The position numbers were made by a program, and so were the translations under genes. Below are positions 1 to 7,882 of a stretch of DNA of 11,287 bases, piece by piece. The notes beneath the pieces were generated by a model, which saw nothing but the letters and a program-made list of their open reading frames with translations, made no database searches and was not told the origin of the DNA. Position 1 is the first letter of the stretch; every line of letters starts with the position of its first letter. This stretch comes from Candidatus Eiseniibacteriota bacterium (GTDB lineage: Bacteria > Joyebacterota > Joyebacteria > Joyebacterales > Joyebacteraceae): NCBI GenBank assembly GCA_043819135.1, contig JBDRFG010000169.1, positions 1 to 11,287 of the forward strand, written 5' to 3'.

Positions 1-43
1 GCATGCTCTCGTCGCTTCGCGCTGTGAGGTCTATCTCTCGCAT
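1..43 (-). CDS. 5' end of an unidentified gene running off the window (MREIDLTARSDESM...)
   Basis: ATG at 43-41 with GGAG at 52-49, about 40 nt after the purD stop; frame open to the window edge. Too short to assign a product. Confidence 0.5.
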   Translation of the reverse strand, partial: MREIDLTARSDESM

Positions 44-84
44 GCCCGCTCCGCGGTTCGGAGTGCGTGTGATGCCTGCGGCGG

Positions 85-1374
85 CTACCGGATCTCGCTG
101 CGCGTCAGCGCCCGATGACCGATGTCCTTCCTGTAGAACGCCCCGGCGAACTTGATGACGCGGACGCCCTCGTATGCTCTGGTCAATGCGGCAGGGAGGT
201 CCTTGTCCAGTCCTGTAACACCGAGGACGCGGCCCCCCGACGTGACGACGTCGCCGTCGGCCACCGCCGTCCCGGCGTGGAAGACGTTGACACCATCGAT
301 CGCGGCGGCGGAAGCGAGGCCGCCGATGACCTTCCCCTTCTCGTAGGAGCCCGGGTAGCCGCCGGACGCCATTACGACGCACGCGGCCGAGGCGCTGCCG
401 CTCCTCATGGACGCGGGGTCCAGTTCGCCTCTCGCCGTCGCCGCCATCACCTCGACGATGTCCGCGTCGAGCAGTGGCAACGTCACCTGCGCCTCGGGGT
501 CCCCGAAGCGGCAGTTGAACTCGATGACCTTCGGCCCGTCGTCGGTGATCATGAGACCGGCGTAGAGCACCCCGCGGTAGACCGTCCCGTCCGCCTCCCG
601 CATCGCGTCAACCGTGGCGTCGATGATGTCGCGCTTGATGGCGCCGAGCATTGCGGGAGTCACGACGGGAGCCGGCGCGTAGGCGCCCATGCCTCCGGTG
701 TTGGGACCCTCATCGCCGTCGAACGCACGCTTGTGGTCCTGCGACGGGACCATAAGAGCGCTCTTCCGCCCGTCGACGAACGCGAGTATCGAGGCCTCCT
801 CGCCCCGCAGGCACTCTTCGACCACGACCCGCTCTCCCGACGAGCCGAATCGGCCGCGCACCAGCATGTCGTCTATGGCGGACTCGGCCTCTCCGGCGCT
901 CTGCGCGATGACGACTCCCTTGCCGGCGGCCAGGCCGTCGGCCTTGATGACGACGGGGTAGCCGAGCTCGTCGGCGCGGGACACCGCCTCTCCCCTGGCC
1001 TGCGCCAGGTAGGCCCGGGCCGTGGGAATACCGCCCTTGAGCATGAGCTCCTTGGCGAACCACTTGCTGCCCTCTATGCGCGCCGCGGACCGCGACGGCC
1101 CGAAGACCGCGAGTCCGGCATCGGTCAGCCGGTCGGCGAGGCCCATCGTCAGCGGGAGTTCCGGCCCTATTACCGTCAGATCGACGTGTTCTTCCACCGC
1201 GAGCCGCAGGAGCCCGTCGATGTCATCGGCCGCGACTGCGACGTTGCGGGCCAGCTCGGCGGTGCCGGCATTCCCGGGCGCCGCCAGTATCTCTCCGGCC
1301 AGCGGGCTCTGCGCGATCTTCCACGCGAGCGCGTGCTCGCGACCACCGCTTCCAATCACGAGGATCTTCATCAT
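85..1374 (-). CDS. purD: Phosphoribosylamine--glycine ligase (GAR synthetase)
   Basis: Family motifs KILVIGSGGREHAL, APGNAG, EGSK, VVIKADGLAAGKGV, QDHKR..DGDEGPNTGGMGAY, EFNCRFGDPE, GGYPGSY, VFHAGT, TSGGRVL, YRKDIG. Start placed at ATG 1374 (GGAG at 1387-1384); 1389 and 1371 are alternatives. Confidence 0.98.
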   Translation of the reverse strand: MMKILVIGSGGREHALAWKIAQSPLAGEILAAPGNAGTAELARNVAVAADDIDGLLRLAVEEHVDLTVIGPELPLTMGLADRLTDAGLAVFGPSRSAARIEGSKWFAKELMLKGGIPTARAYLAQARGEAVSRADELGYPVVIKADGLAAGKGVVIAQSAGEAESAIDDMLVRGRFGSSGERVVVEECLRGEEASILAFVDGRKSALMVPSQDHKRAFDGDEGPNTGGMGAYAPAPVVTPAMLGAIKRDIIDATVDAMREADGTVYRGVLYAGLMITDDGPKVIEFNCRFGDPEAQVTLPLLDADIVEVMAATARGELDPASMRSGSASAACVVMASGGYPGSYEKGKVIGGLASAAAIDGVNVFHAGTAVADGDVVTSGGRVLGVTGLDKDLPAALTRAYEGVRVIKFAGAFYRKDIGHRALTRSEIR

Positions 1375-1395
1375 CCCGGTCGTCTCCATTCAACA

Positions 1396-1466
1396 GGAGG
1401 GCCGCCCCACGGCGGGAGCGGCCCCCTCGAACGCGGGACAGCGCCGCGTCATGCGCGCGCGGCGCT
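1396..1466 (-). terminator. Two consecutive GC-rich hairpins between the Cys-rich gene and purD (possible terminator or mRNA-stabilising stems)
   Basis: agcgccgcg 1440-1448 / cgcggcgct 1458-1466, followed on the minus strand by TGTCCC; second imperfect stem 1396-1428 followed by CTGTTG. No canonical U-tract. Confidence 0.45.
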
Positions 1467-1478
1467 TCGCCTGCTTGT

Positions 1479-2708
1479 CTATCTATAGAGAGCCTTCACC
1501 GACCCCCATGTCCTGTCTTCGACGGGAGTCGTGTACCCGCCGATCGTCACGACGTAGGAACGTCCGCAGTCCACCGGCACCCAGCTCCAGGAGCCGACCC
1601 ACAACCAGTAGGTGCCCGGGTCGAGGGCGTAGGTCTCGCAGGCGACGTCGCACGGTGGACCCGTCAGGCTGTAGAGGAGCGGGTAGTCGAAGCAGTCGTC
1701 CAGTTCCTGGAGTATCAGGAGCTGGTAATCGAAACCCGCCATTATACAGAAGTCGATCTCCCTCGGCTCGTCGAGCACGAGTTCGAACCAGTCCGTGTCC
1801 CTGTAGCACATCCCCGTGTACGGGTAGACACCGGTTTCGCCGCACAAGACGATGTACTCCGCCGGATCAAGGTCGCTGAAGACCGAAGGATACGAGTTGC
1901 ATCCGCCGTTGTAGCCGTCGTAGTACTCGGGACCGCAGGACGGCTCTTCCTCAAGCACCGAACCCATCGGACAGGGCGCGGCGCAGTCCGGCGCGGCGTG
2001 GAATCCGTCGAGCGTCATGATGTACTCGACCCCGCAGGGTATGCCCGAGAACACCGTGGGAACGACGACGAACCAGTAGGTCCCCGGGGAAAGCGTGTGC
2101 TGCATGATTCCTTCCTCACACTCCGGCACCTCAAGCATCTCCAGAATCGTGTAGGCGCCACAGCCGCCCGTGCCGTCGATGAGAAACATTAGCAGAGGGA
2201 ACTCGCCGATGGTCGTCCACGTGATGATCGTCTGCTGAGTTATCTCCATCTCGTACCAGTCGGTGTCCCTGTAGTCGCCTCCACCGTACAGGTAGGTCCC
2301 GCTGGTGGCGCAGACGGAGATCAGACCGTAGGAAGGAAGGAGGGTCTCGAACACGTAGGGGGTCGAGTTACAGCCGCCGTTGTACGAGTCGACGAACTCG
2401 TCCACGCACACGGGCTCGCCCTCGAAGTACGAACACGGCGAGCACTGAAGGTCGCACGCGCGGCCGGAGAACTCGTAGAACGGGTCGCTCTCGTGCCCCG
2501 GGGGAGCCGTCGTGCCAAGGCCGGCCTGCCTGAGTTCGAGCCTGGCGGCCTCGTCGCAGGAGCCCGGGTACTCGTGCCTGGGGAGTGTAACGCGCGCGGT
2601 GGGGTTGGCCGGACCGAGAGGAATGCTGCCTTCCTCTGCCAGCACCGGCTCGACCGCCAACACCGAGATGGCCACAACAAGAACCACGGCAATCACAGCC
2701 CGTCTCAT
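1479..2708 (-). CDS. Secreted Cys-rich protein (409 aa) with two tandem ~150-aa PPC-like domains and a C-terminal WGxxK tail
   Basis: GGAGGAG RBS at 2718-2712; signal peptide MRRAVIAVVLVVAISVLAVEPVLA; duplicated motifs EPxC, YNGGCNS, YRDTDW[YF]E, L[SD]PGTYW; ends TPVEDRTWGSVKALYR. The PPC-like call rests only on the DxDW[YF] and LxPGTY motifs. Confidence 0.85.
   Translation of the reverse strand: MRRAVIAVVLVVAISVLAVEPVLAEEGSIPLGPANPTARVTLPRHEYPGSCDEAARLELRQAGLGTTAPPGHESDPFYEFSGRACDLQCSPCSYFEGEPVCVDEFVDSYNGGCNSTPYVFETLLPSYGLISVCATSGTYLYGGGDYRDTDWYEMEITQQTIITWTTIGEFPLLMFLIDGTGGCGAYTILEMLEVPECEEGIMQHTLSPGTYWFVVVPTVFSGIPCGVEYIMTLDGFHAAPDCAAPCPMGSVLEEEPSCGPEYYDGYNGGCNSYPSVFSDLDPAEYIVLCGETGVYPYTGMCYRDTDWFELVLDEPREIDFCIMAGFDYQLLILQELDDCFDYPLLYSLTGPPCDVACETYALDPGTYWLWVGSWSWVPVDCGRSYVVTIGGYTTPVEDRTWGSVKALYR
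1533..2456 (-). repeat. Intragenic tandem domain duplication (aa ~85-236, nt 2456-2001; aa ~242-392, nt 1985-1533)
   Basis: DSYNGGCNSTPYVF / DGYNGGCNSYPSVF, YRDTDWYE / YRDTDWFE, LSPGTYW / LDPGTYW, CGVEYIMTLDGF / CGRSYVVTIGGY; most cysteines at equivalent positions. Confidence 0.9.
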
Positions 2709-2823
2709 CTGCTCCTCCGTTTCGTCTCAGGCCCGATGGCCGGGCCGGCTGTCCGGACTCCGCTGTTCGTCAGCCAGCCTGGATGCAACCGTTCGTGCGC
2801 ATGCCAGGACGGCCCAATGAGCA

Positions 2824-2852
2824 CAACTATCACAGCAACGGACCACGGGCAA
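2824..2852 (-). promoter_or_regulatory. Weak candidate sigma70 promoter for the 409-aa gene
   Basis: TTGCCC-17 nt-TAGTTG with a TG upstream of the -10; the last T of the -10 is missing. Confidence 0.3.
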
Positions 2853-2895
2853 GCCCAAAATGGGGCCGGCTCACTCACGCGCCCGTACGTGCGGA

Positions 2896-2919
2896 GAGGC
2901 CGCCCGCTCGGGCGGCCTC
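2896..2919. terminator. Perfect 10-bp hairpin, possible end of the sigma/anti-sigma transcript
   Basis: gaggccgccc-gctc-gggcggcctc; no U-tract on either side. Confidence 0.35.
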
Positions 2920-3081
2920 CCATTCCTGCAGCGAGTATCTGCGAAATACGTGTCTGCCAGGCGTCAGCCGCAGCCCGCCGCGGCACGATCCTCAACCGCT
3001 CCAGCCAGATCGGGCTCCGCCCGCCCGCGCGCGTCCACCCACCTCACCTGCCCGCCGGTCCCCGGTCGGTCTCCACACCCG

Positions 3082-3690
3082 CTAGTTCCCAAGGCTCCCA
3101 TCACCCGGACGCCGCTCGACCGCCGGCCATGACTCGTCAGTCGCAAGAATGATCTGCGGCTGCTCGATGGCCGAGTCGAAACTCTCGGGTCTGAGCGTAT
3201 CGGAAGCGTTGGCCGCGTACTGCGCCATCTCGCGCGGGACGCCGCTCTCAACGAGCGACTTACTTCGCGGCGAAACGACGGGCCCTCTGTCATCGATCGG
3301 ACGCTCTGCAAACGTCCCGGGATCTGATACCCCTGCGATGTTGAGGACCGGCTGCAGGCCGACCCCCAGTCCGATACCAAACAGGAGGACCGCGGCAACA
3401 ATGGGGCCGAGTCTGGGGGCGAGATTCTCAAGACGCGGAACGAAGACGAAGCGCCGGCCGCTGTCGCGGAGCTTCGCTCTCAGACCAGCTTCGAAGCGGG
3501 TCCAGTAGAACGGCTCCGGCTCGACATAGCCGTCGTCCTCAAGGAAGGTCATGGTCCGCTCGAACGCGGCGAGTTCCGAGGCGCAGACGTCACAGGTCGC
3601 GAGGTGCTGACGCACCGCTTCCTGCTCGCCCGCCTCGAGTTCTTCTTCCATGAACTCCACGAGTCTCTTCTGTGCCTCGTCGCAACGCAT
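3082..3690 (-). CDS. Zinc-binding anti-sigma factor (zf-HC2/ZAS type) with one TM helix
   Basis: N-terminal MRC...EEEL...HLATCDVC (HxxxCxxC); hydrophobic segment PIVAAVLLFGIGLGVGL; starts 2 nt after the ECF sigma stop. Confidence 0.9.
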   Translation of the reverse strand: MRCDEAQKRLVEFMEEELEAGEQEAVRQHLATCDVCASELAAFERTMTFLEDDGYVEPEPFYWTRFEAGLRAKLRDSGRRFVFVPRLENLAPRLGPIVAAVLLFGIGLGVGLQPVLNIAGVSDPGTFAERPIDDRGPVVSPRSKSLVESGVPREMAQYAANASDTLRPESFDSAIEQPQIILATDESWPAVERRPGDGSLGN

Positions 3691-3692
3691 GT

Positions 3693-4271
3693 CTATCTCA
3701 GATCTCCCAGAAGCTTCCGCAGTTTCCTGATCGCGTGGAAGTAGTTGGCCTTCGACGTTCCCTCGGAACAGCCCACGACTTCCGCGATCTCCTTGTGACT
3801 CAACTCTTCGTAGAACTTCAGGATGAAGACGGCCCGCTGCTTATCCGGGAGCGTCTTCACCGCCTGCCTCACTCTTTCAGCGATCTCCGATCCCATGGCG
3901 GCGCGAGCGGGGTCGGAGCGGGGGTTCCGGTCGGGCCGGATCATGTCCCCCAGCGGAATCATCTGCCTGAACTTGTCCCGCTTGAGCTTGTTGAGCGCAA
4001 TGTTGACCGTGATCCTGTACATCCAGGTGTACAGGCTCGAGCGCCCTTCGAAGCGAGCAATGTGCCGGTGGACTTTGATGAAGGCTTCCTGCGCGGCGTC
4101 CTCAGCGCTCTCATCGTCGCGCAGTATGCGCCAGGCGACCCGATAGAGTCTCTCTCGATAGGTCCCGACGAGCTCTTCGAAGGCCTGTTCATCCCCTGCC
4201 TTCAGACGCTCGAGGAGCTGAACCGTGTCCTCCCGAGTCTGCCCGCTTCTCCCGCTCACTTTGTCTGACAC
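3693..4271 (-). CDS. ECF-family RNA polymerase sigma factor
   Basis: Region 2 GDEQAFEELV..YRERLY..AEDAAQEAFIK..FEGRSSLYTWMYRITVN; region 4 LPDKQRAVFILK..EELSHKEIAEVVGCSEGT. GTG start at 4271 is uncertain. Confidence 0.95.
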   Translation of the reverse strand: MSDKVSGRSGQTREDTVQLLERLKAGDEQAFEELVGTYRERLYRVAWRILRDDESAEDAAQEAFIKVHRHIARFEGRSSLYTWMYRITVNIALNKLKRDKFRQMIPLGDMIRPDRNPRSDPARAAMGSEIAERVRQAVKTLPDKQRAVFILKFYEELSHKEIAEVVGCSEGTSKANYFHAIRKLRKLLGDLR

Positions 4272-4354
4272 GGTCGCCCATCACCTGGTTTAGTCGCGAA
4301 AATCGGCCGTACACGGCGCTTTTCGGGCTCCCGGAGCCCCCTCAGCGCCCGGCC

Positions 4355-4383
4355 AAGCTATGACACAGGCGCCCGGCTGTCAA
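4355..4383 (-). promoter_or_regulatory. Sigma70-type promoter for the ECF sigma/anti-sigma operon
   Basis: TTGACA (4383-4378)-17 nt-TAGCTT (4360-4355), just downstream of the upstream gene's terminator. Confidence 0.65.
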
Positions 4384-4420
4384 TGGTCCACTTCCGTGAC
4401 GGGCGCCCGCTCTCATCGCT

Positions 4421-4467
4421 GGGACAAGAAGAGGCCGGATGGGGTTGCACCCTGTCCGGCCTCTTCT
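4421..4467 (-). terminator. Intrinsic terminator after the 566-aa gene
   Basis: 13-bp inverted repeat agaagaggccgga 4427-4439 / tccggcctcttct 4455-4467; minus-strand tail TTCTTGTCCC. Confidence 0.8.
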
Positions 4468-4522
4468 GCGATCAGGTCCTCGGCCGGCCCGCCATCGATC
4501 CGAGCCGCCTCAGACACCACAG

Positions 4523-6223
4523 CTAGTCTCTTCTGTAGAGGCTCTTGATCTGGCCCCAGCTCATCGGCTCGATGCTGATGCCGGGCACGGTCTCGCACCA
4601 GTTCCACAGATCCTCGAGCACCATAGGACCAGCGCGGAGAGCCATGCATCCGTCGACGTCGTCGAGCGTCAGGTTCCTGTTCGGAAGCACGTCGCACTCG
4701 TAAGTCCCGGTCGTGTCCGAATCGGCGCAGAAATACTTGTACTGGAGGAACTTGTACGTGCCGGTCGGGAACAGGACCTCGGCGCTGTAGATGCCGTCAC
4801 TCGCCGTGACATCACCGCCCGTGCCGTCGTCGAGAAGCTCGACGCCAGTCGACCAGTCGAGCGGAAGCGCGGTGCCGCGAACGAACAGCCCGCTGGCGCA
4901 GGCCGGCGAGTCGTGAACCTGGAACAGCACTCCCACGTCGCACGCGATGTTGTCGACCGGAGCGACGTCATTCCACCAAACGTTGACCACCTGACTGGCG
5001 GCGTTCGGGTCGAGCGTCACGAAGTGACCGAAGTCGAAGTCACCCTCCCAGGTCAAGCAGTCGACCACGTACTTGTACTTGACCTGCGTCGACTCGGCGG
5101 AAGCGCCGCACGTGTAGTGCATGGTGAAGTACTCGGTCACCGCGTAGGTCGAGTCGCCGCCGGCGTCCAGGGTCTCGGCTCCGCCGCAAAGGTCCCACGT
5201 GAGCGGGTACGTGTCGCCCTGGACGTGCAGGCTCGTCGGTACGCCGTTGGCGTCGATGTAGAGACTCATGTTGATCTCGAAGTCGACCCTGTGGAGATAG
5301 AAGCACGCGGTGTTGGCAGTCGGGTCAACCGGGGTCGAGGCGAGGTCGGTGACGCCCGTCACCGTCACGGTGTAATCGTAGCCCTCTGTCAGTGCCGTCG
5401 TCAGATCGAGGTGCACGAGGCTGGCGTTCGACCCGTCGAGAGTGGCAGTCGCGACCGTGTAGGGGCCGCTCGGGCCGCCCGTGATGGCGTAGTTCGCCTC
5501 GGTCTCTGCCGAGACCTGCTCGACGTCCTTCGAGAACCGCACGGACAGAAGACCGGCCGCGGTCCCGTCGTAGTCGATAGGCGCGCTGATCACCGTGGGC
5601 GCGGCGGCCGTGATGATCTCGGTCGTGTTGGTCGCCATGTAGTACTTGAAGGTCACGGGGTTGACGCCGTCCGAACCGAACGGGATATTGGCCGGAGACG
5701 TGTTCTGCTGCCAGTTGTTGTTCAGAACGATCTTGCACTCGTAGCTGCCCGTCGGGATGACGGAGCTGAACTCCCACACGTCATCGAGATCGCCGTCCGA
5801 CATGACGGTCGTGCTCGTGTCGGTCTGGTCCCAGTCGCTGCCGCCGAGGGTGCTCTGCAAGGTACCGCAAACGATGGGCGGGTTCAGGCTGTGGAAGACG
5901 TACTCGTCGCCCTGCTTCGTTCCCGGAACCGCGCCGAGGTTGACGAAGAACGTCACGTTCTCCGGCGTCGCCGGCGTGAACGCCTGATTGGGGTCCGGGG
6001 GGAAGGCCTCACCCCACGCGTCACCGTCGATGGCCTTGTACTCGTGCAGAGAATCGCCGGCCGCGATGGTCAGCACGTAGACGCCGTTGCCGTTCAGTGT
6101 GAGCTCGGACGCGGGGTCCGCGGGATCCCATCCCTGGAAGTTCCCCGCGATACTCGGCAGTGCCAGAGCAGCACCGGGAACGAGCAGCATGGCCAGAGCC
6201 ATTGTCGCTGCAAAGAGCTTCAT
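4523..6223 (-). CDS. Secreted multimodular putative alpha-glucan-binding protein (566 aa): SP, X25-like x2, Ig-like, CBM20-like x2, WGxxK tail
   Basis: GGAGG RBS 6234-6230; signal peptide to ~A21; X25-like SIAGNFQGWDP..NGVY..EYKA and VCGTLQS..DWD..MSDGDLDDVW..IPTGSYECKIVLNNNW..NI..VTFKY; Ig-like SVRFSKDV..ANYAI..YTVTVTGVTD; CBM20-like LHVQG..PLTW..KYKY..TWE and LFVRG..PLDW..QYKY..YE..NR; ends ISIEPMSWGQIKSLYRRD. No catalytic domain recognised. Confidence 0.85.
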   Translation of the reverse strand: MKLFAATMALAMLLVPGAALALPSIAGNFQGWDPADPASELTLNGNGVYVLTIAAGDSLHEYKAIDGDAWGEAFPPDPNQAFTPATPENVTFFVNLGAVPGTKQGDEYVFHSLNPPIVCGTLQSTLGGSDWDQTDTSTTVMSDGDLDDVWEFSSVIPTGSYECKIVLNNNWQQNTSPANIPFGSDGVNPVTFKYYMATNTTEIITAAAPTVISAPIDYDGTAAGLLSVRFSKDVEQVSAETEANYAITGGPSGPYTVATATLDGSNASLVHLDLTTALTEGYDYTVTVTGVTDLASTPVDPTANTACFYLHRVDFEINMSLYIDANGVPTSLHVQGDTYPLTWDLCGGAETLDAGGDSTYAVTEYFTMHYTCGASAESTQVKYKYVVDCLTWEGDFDFGHFVTLDPNAASQVVNVWWNDVAPVDNIACDVGVLFQVHDSPACASGLFVRGTALPLDWSTGVELLDDGTGGDVTASDGIYSAEVLFPTGTYKFLQYKYFCADSDTTGTYECDVLPNRNLTLDDVDGCMALRAGPMVLEDLWNWCETVPGISIEPMSWGQIKSLYRRD

Positions 6224-6314
6224 GTCTTGCCTCCCTCTCCCCTTCCCGAGGAGTACAACGTCCAGTCACCGGGGGCCGCCAAGGCCCCTTCGTCGCACAT
6301 CCGGAGTCGCGCAC

Positions 6315-6382
6315 CAGGCCCCGACGCCCCTGCGCCGGGGCCTGATGAGTGGCGTGTCATGCTCGATCGGTCAGGCCCCGGC
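6315..6382. repeat. Three-arm inverted repeat between the 335-aa and 566-aa genes
   Basis: gccggggcctga 6334-6345 is the exact reverse complement of tcaggccccggc 6371-6382 and also pairs over 9 bp with caggccccg 6315-6323. Confidence 0.8.
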
Positions 6383-7389
6383 TACCTGTATATCGACTTG
6401 ATGGTGCCCCAGCTCGTGTCCTCGACGGGGCTCGAGCAGTCCGGGCACTCGGTCGCCAGGTACTCCCAGACGTCGGGCGCCAGGATCTGTGTGGGCGCCG
6501 AATCGTCAATGCTGAAGCTGTGGTTCCACGTGCTCTCCCACGTCTGGCAGTCGTCCTTCTTGTACTTGTACTCGACGAACGGGTCGCTGCCAGCCGGGAA
6601 CATCACGTCGACACTCCAGAGCTTCGGCTGAACTAACGGGCAAGGCTGTGCCATCTGGATGCCGAAACCCCAGCTCGTCAGCGACGGGTGACTGCCCGTG
6701 ACGCAGACGTCGAAGAAGCTGTCGATGCTGTCGGGCAGGCACACGGTGAACGTCACCGTGACGTCCTGCTGCGTCACGACCTGCGTCGAGACGGCCGTCT
6801 CGTTGTTGGACATGTCGTAGGAGAAGGTGATGGGGTTAATGCCGTCGGAGGCAAACGAGATGTTGTCCCCCGTGCTCTGGTCCCAGTTGTTGTTCAGGAC
6901 GACCTTGCACTGGTAGTCACCCGCGGGGGCGACGACGCCCGTGAGCTCCCAGATGCCGTCGTTGTCGCCGTCGGACATTACGGTGTTGACAGGGTCACCC
7001 GCGTCCCAGTCGGCGCCGCCGAACTCGCTCTGCATATCGCCGGCCACGATAGGAGGATTCATGCCGTGGAAGACGAACTCGTCGCCTTCTTTGACGCCAA
7101 CGTTGGCGCCGAGGTTGACGAACCACGTCACGTCGTCGTCGACCGCCAGCGTGAAGCTCTGGTCGACGCCGGGGAAGTCAAGACCCCATGCGTCGCCATC
7201 GACTGCCTTATACTCATAGAATCCGGCAAGAAGCGACTTCGTCAGCTCGTAGACACCGTTGCCGTTGACCGTGAGGTCGTAGGCCGGGTCGGCCGGTTCC
7301 CATCCCTGCATGCTGCCCACAATGCTCGGGCCGGCCAGAGCGTACGCCGGTATCACGAGCGCTATCACCACCGCCGCAATGAGTCTCAT
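6382..7389 (-). CDS. Secreted putative alpha-glucan-binding protein (335 aa): SP, X25-like x2, CBM20-like, WGxxK tail
   Basis: Start moved to ATG 7389 (GAGGAG upstream; signal peptide MRLIAAVVIALVIPAYALA). First ~200 aa are paralogous to 4523-6223. CBM20-like DVTVTFTV..VCVTGSHPSLTSW..LWSVDVMFPAG..VEYKY..TWE..NH..DVW; ends SPVEDTSWGTIKSIYR. Confidence 0.88.
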   Translation of the reverse strand: MRLIAAVVIALVIPAYALAGPSIVGSMQGWEPADPAYDLTVNGNGVYELTKSLLAGFYEYKAVDGDAWGLDFPGVDQSFTLAVDDDVTWFVNLGANVGVKEGDEFVFHGMNPPIVAGDMQSEFGGADWDAGDPVNTVMSDGDNDGIWELTGVVAPAGDYQCKVVLNNNWDQSTGDNISFASDGINPITFSYDMSNNETAVSTQVVTQQDVTVTFTVCLPDSIDSFFDVCVTGSHPSLTSWGFGIQMAQPCPLVQPKLWSVDVMFPAGSDPFVEYKYKKDDCQTWESTWNHSFSIDDSAPTQILAPDVWEYLATECPDCSSPVEDTSWGTIKSIYR

Positions 7390-7632
7390 TCTCTTCTCCT
7401 CTCGGGCTCCCGCACTGCCTGAGGCCGCGGGAAACCAGGTTGCGAGACCCTGGCCACTCGGTGTCCGGGTGGCCTCCGTTGCTGTTACACCCAATCATCC
7501 TGCTGCAGCACCGCTCTGTTGCGCGAAGCCGCTGTTTCGCTCGCCCCGCGATCCATACCCGATTGCAAGTCCAGGGCCATCCGAAGCCGCCCTCCCAGCA
7601 GAAGAGCCGACGGGTGCGGTTCGCCAGCAGAC

Positions 7633-7661
7633 ACTATATCACAATTCAGTCCAGATGTCAA
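7633..7661 (-). promoter_or_regulatory. Near-consensus sigma70 promoter with extended -10
   Basis: TTGACA (7661-7656)-17 nt-TATAGT (7638-7633), preceded by TGTGa; AT-rich island in GC-rich DNA. Confidence 0.85.
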
Positions 7662-7794
7662 TGCGGCAGGTGCCCGCCAGCCTGCTGAGCGGTCGTGGAC
7701 CTCCCGCGCGCAACATCACGGCCGCAGGCTCCACCGCACACACTTTTCTGATGTAGGCAGGAGTGGGCGGTCGCGCGTCGGACGCTCAGCGGCA

Positions 7795-7831
7795 GGACAC
7801 AAAGGCGCGGCCCCTGAGTCGAGGCCGCGCC
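7795..7831 (-). terminator. Intrinsic terminator after the 272-aa gene
   Basis: ggcgcggcc 7804-7812 / ggccgcgcc 7823-7831; minus-strand tail TTTGTGTCC. Confidence 0.7.
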
Positions 7832-7882
7832 CTGTTGTGTCGTTCTCTGCGCCGGGAGATCGTGTCTCTCCCGTGGATCGGA

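Noticed and set aside
1375..1478. ZTP or purine riboswitch upstream of purD
   Set aside because: Only simple GC hairpins; the conserved aptamer sequences are not visible.
115..1879. Plus-strand ORFs 115-1488 and 1022-1879
   Set aside because: Antisense to the unambiguous purD; low-complexity translations.
2783..2798. LacI/MalR-like operator or ECF -35 (tgcaaccgttcg)
   Set aside because: Single imperfect half-palindrome with no second copy and no properly spaced -10 element.
2493..3152. ORFs spanning the 2709-3081 intergenic gap (2493-3152 +, 2705-2995 -, 2783-3085 +)
   Set aside because: No clear RBS, Pro/Arg/Ala-rich and no recognisable motif; the region holds a hairpin and probable promoter sequence.
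4439..6631. 730-aa plus-strand ORF
   Set aside because: Antisense shadow of the 566-aa and 335-aa genes; Arg/Val/Gly-rich with no motifs, as expected from GC-rich codon bias.
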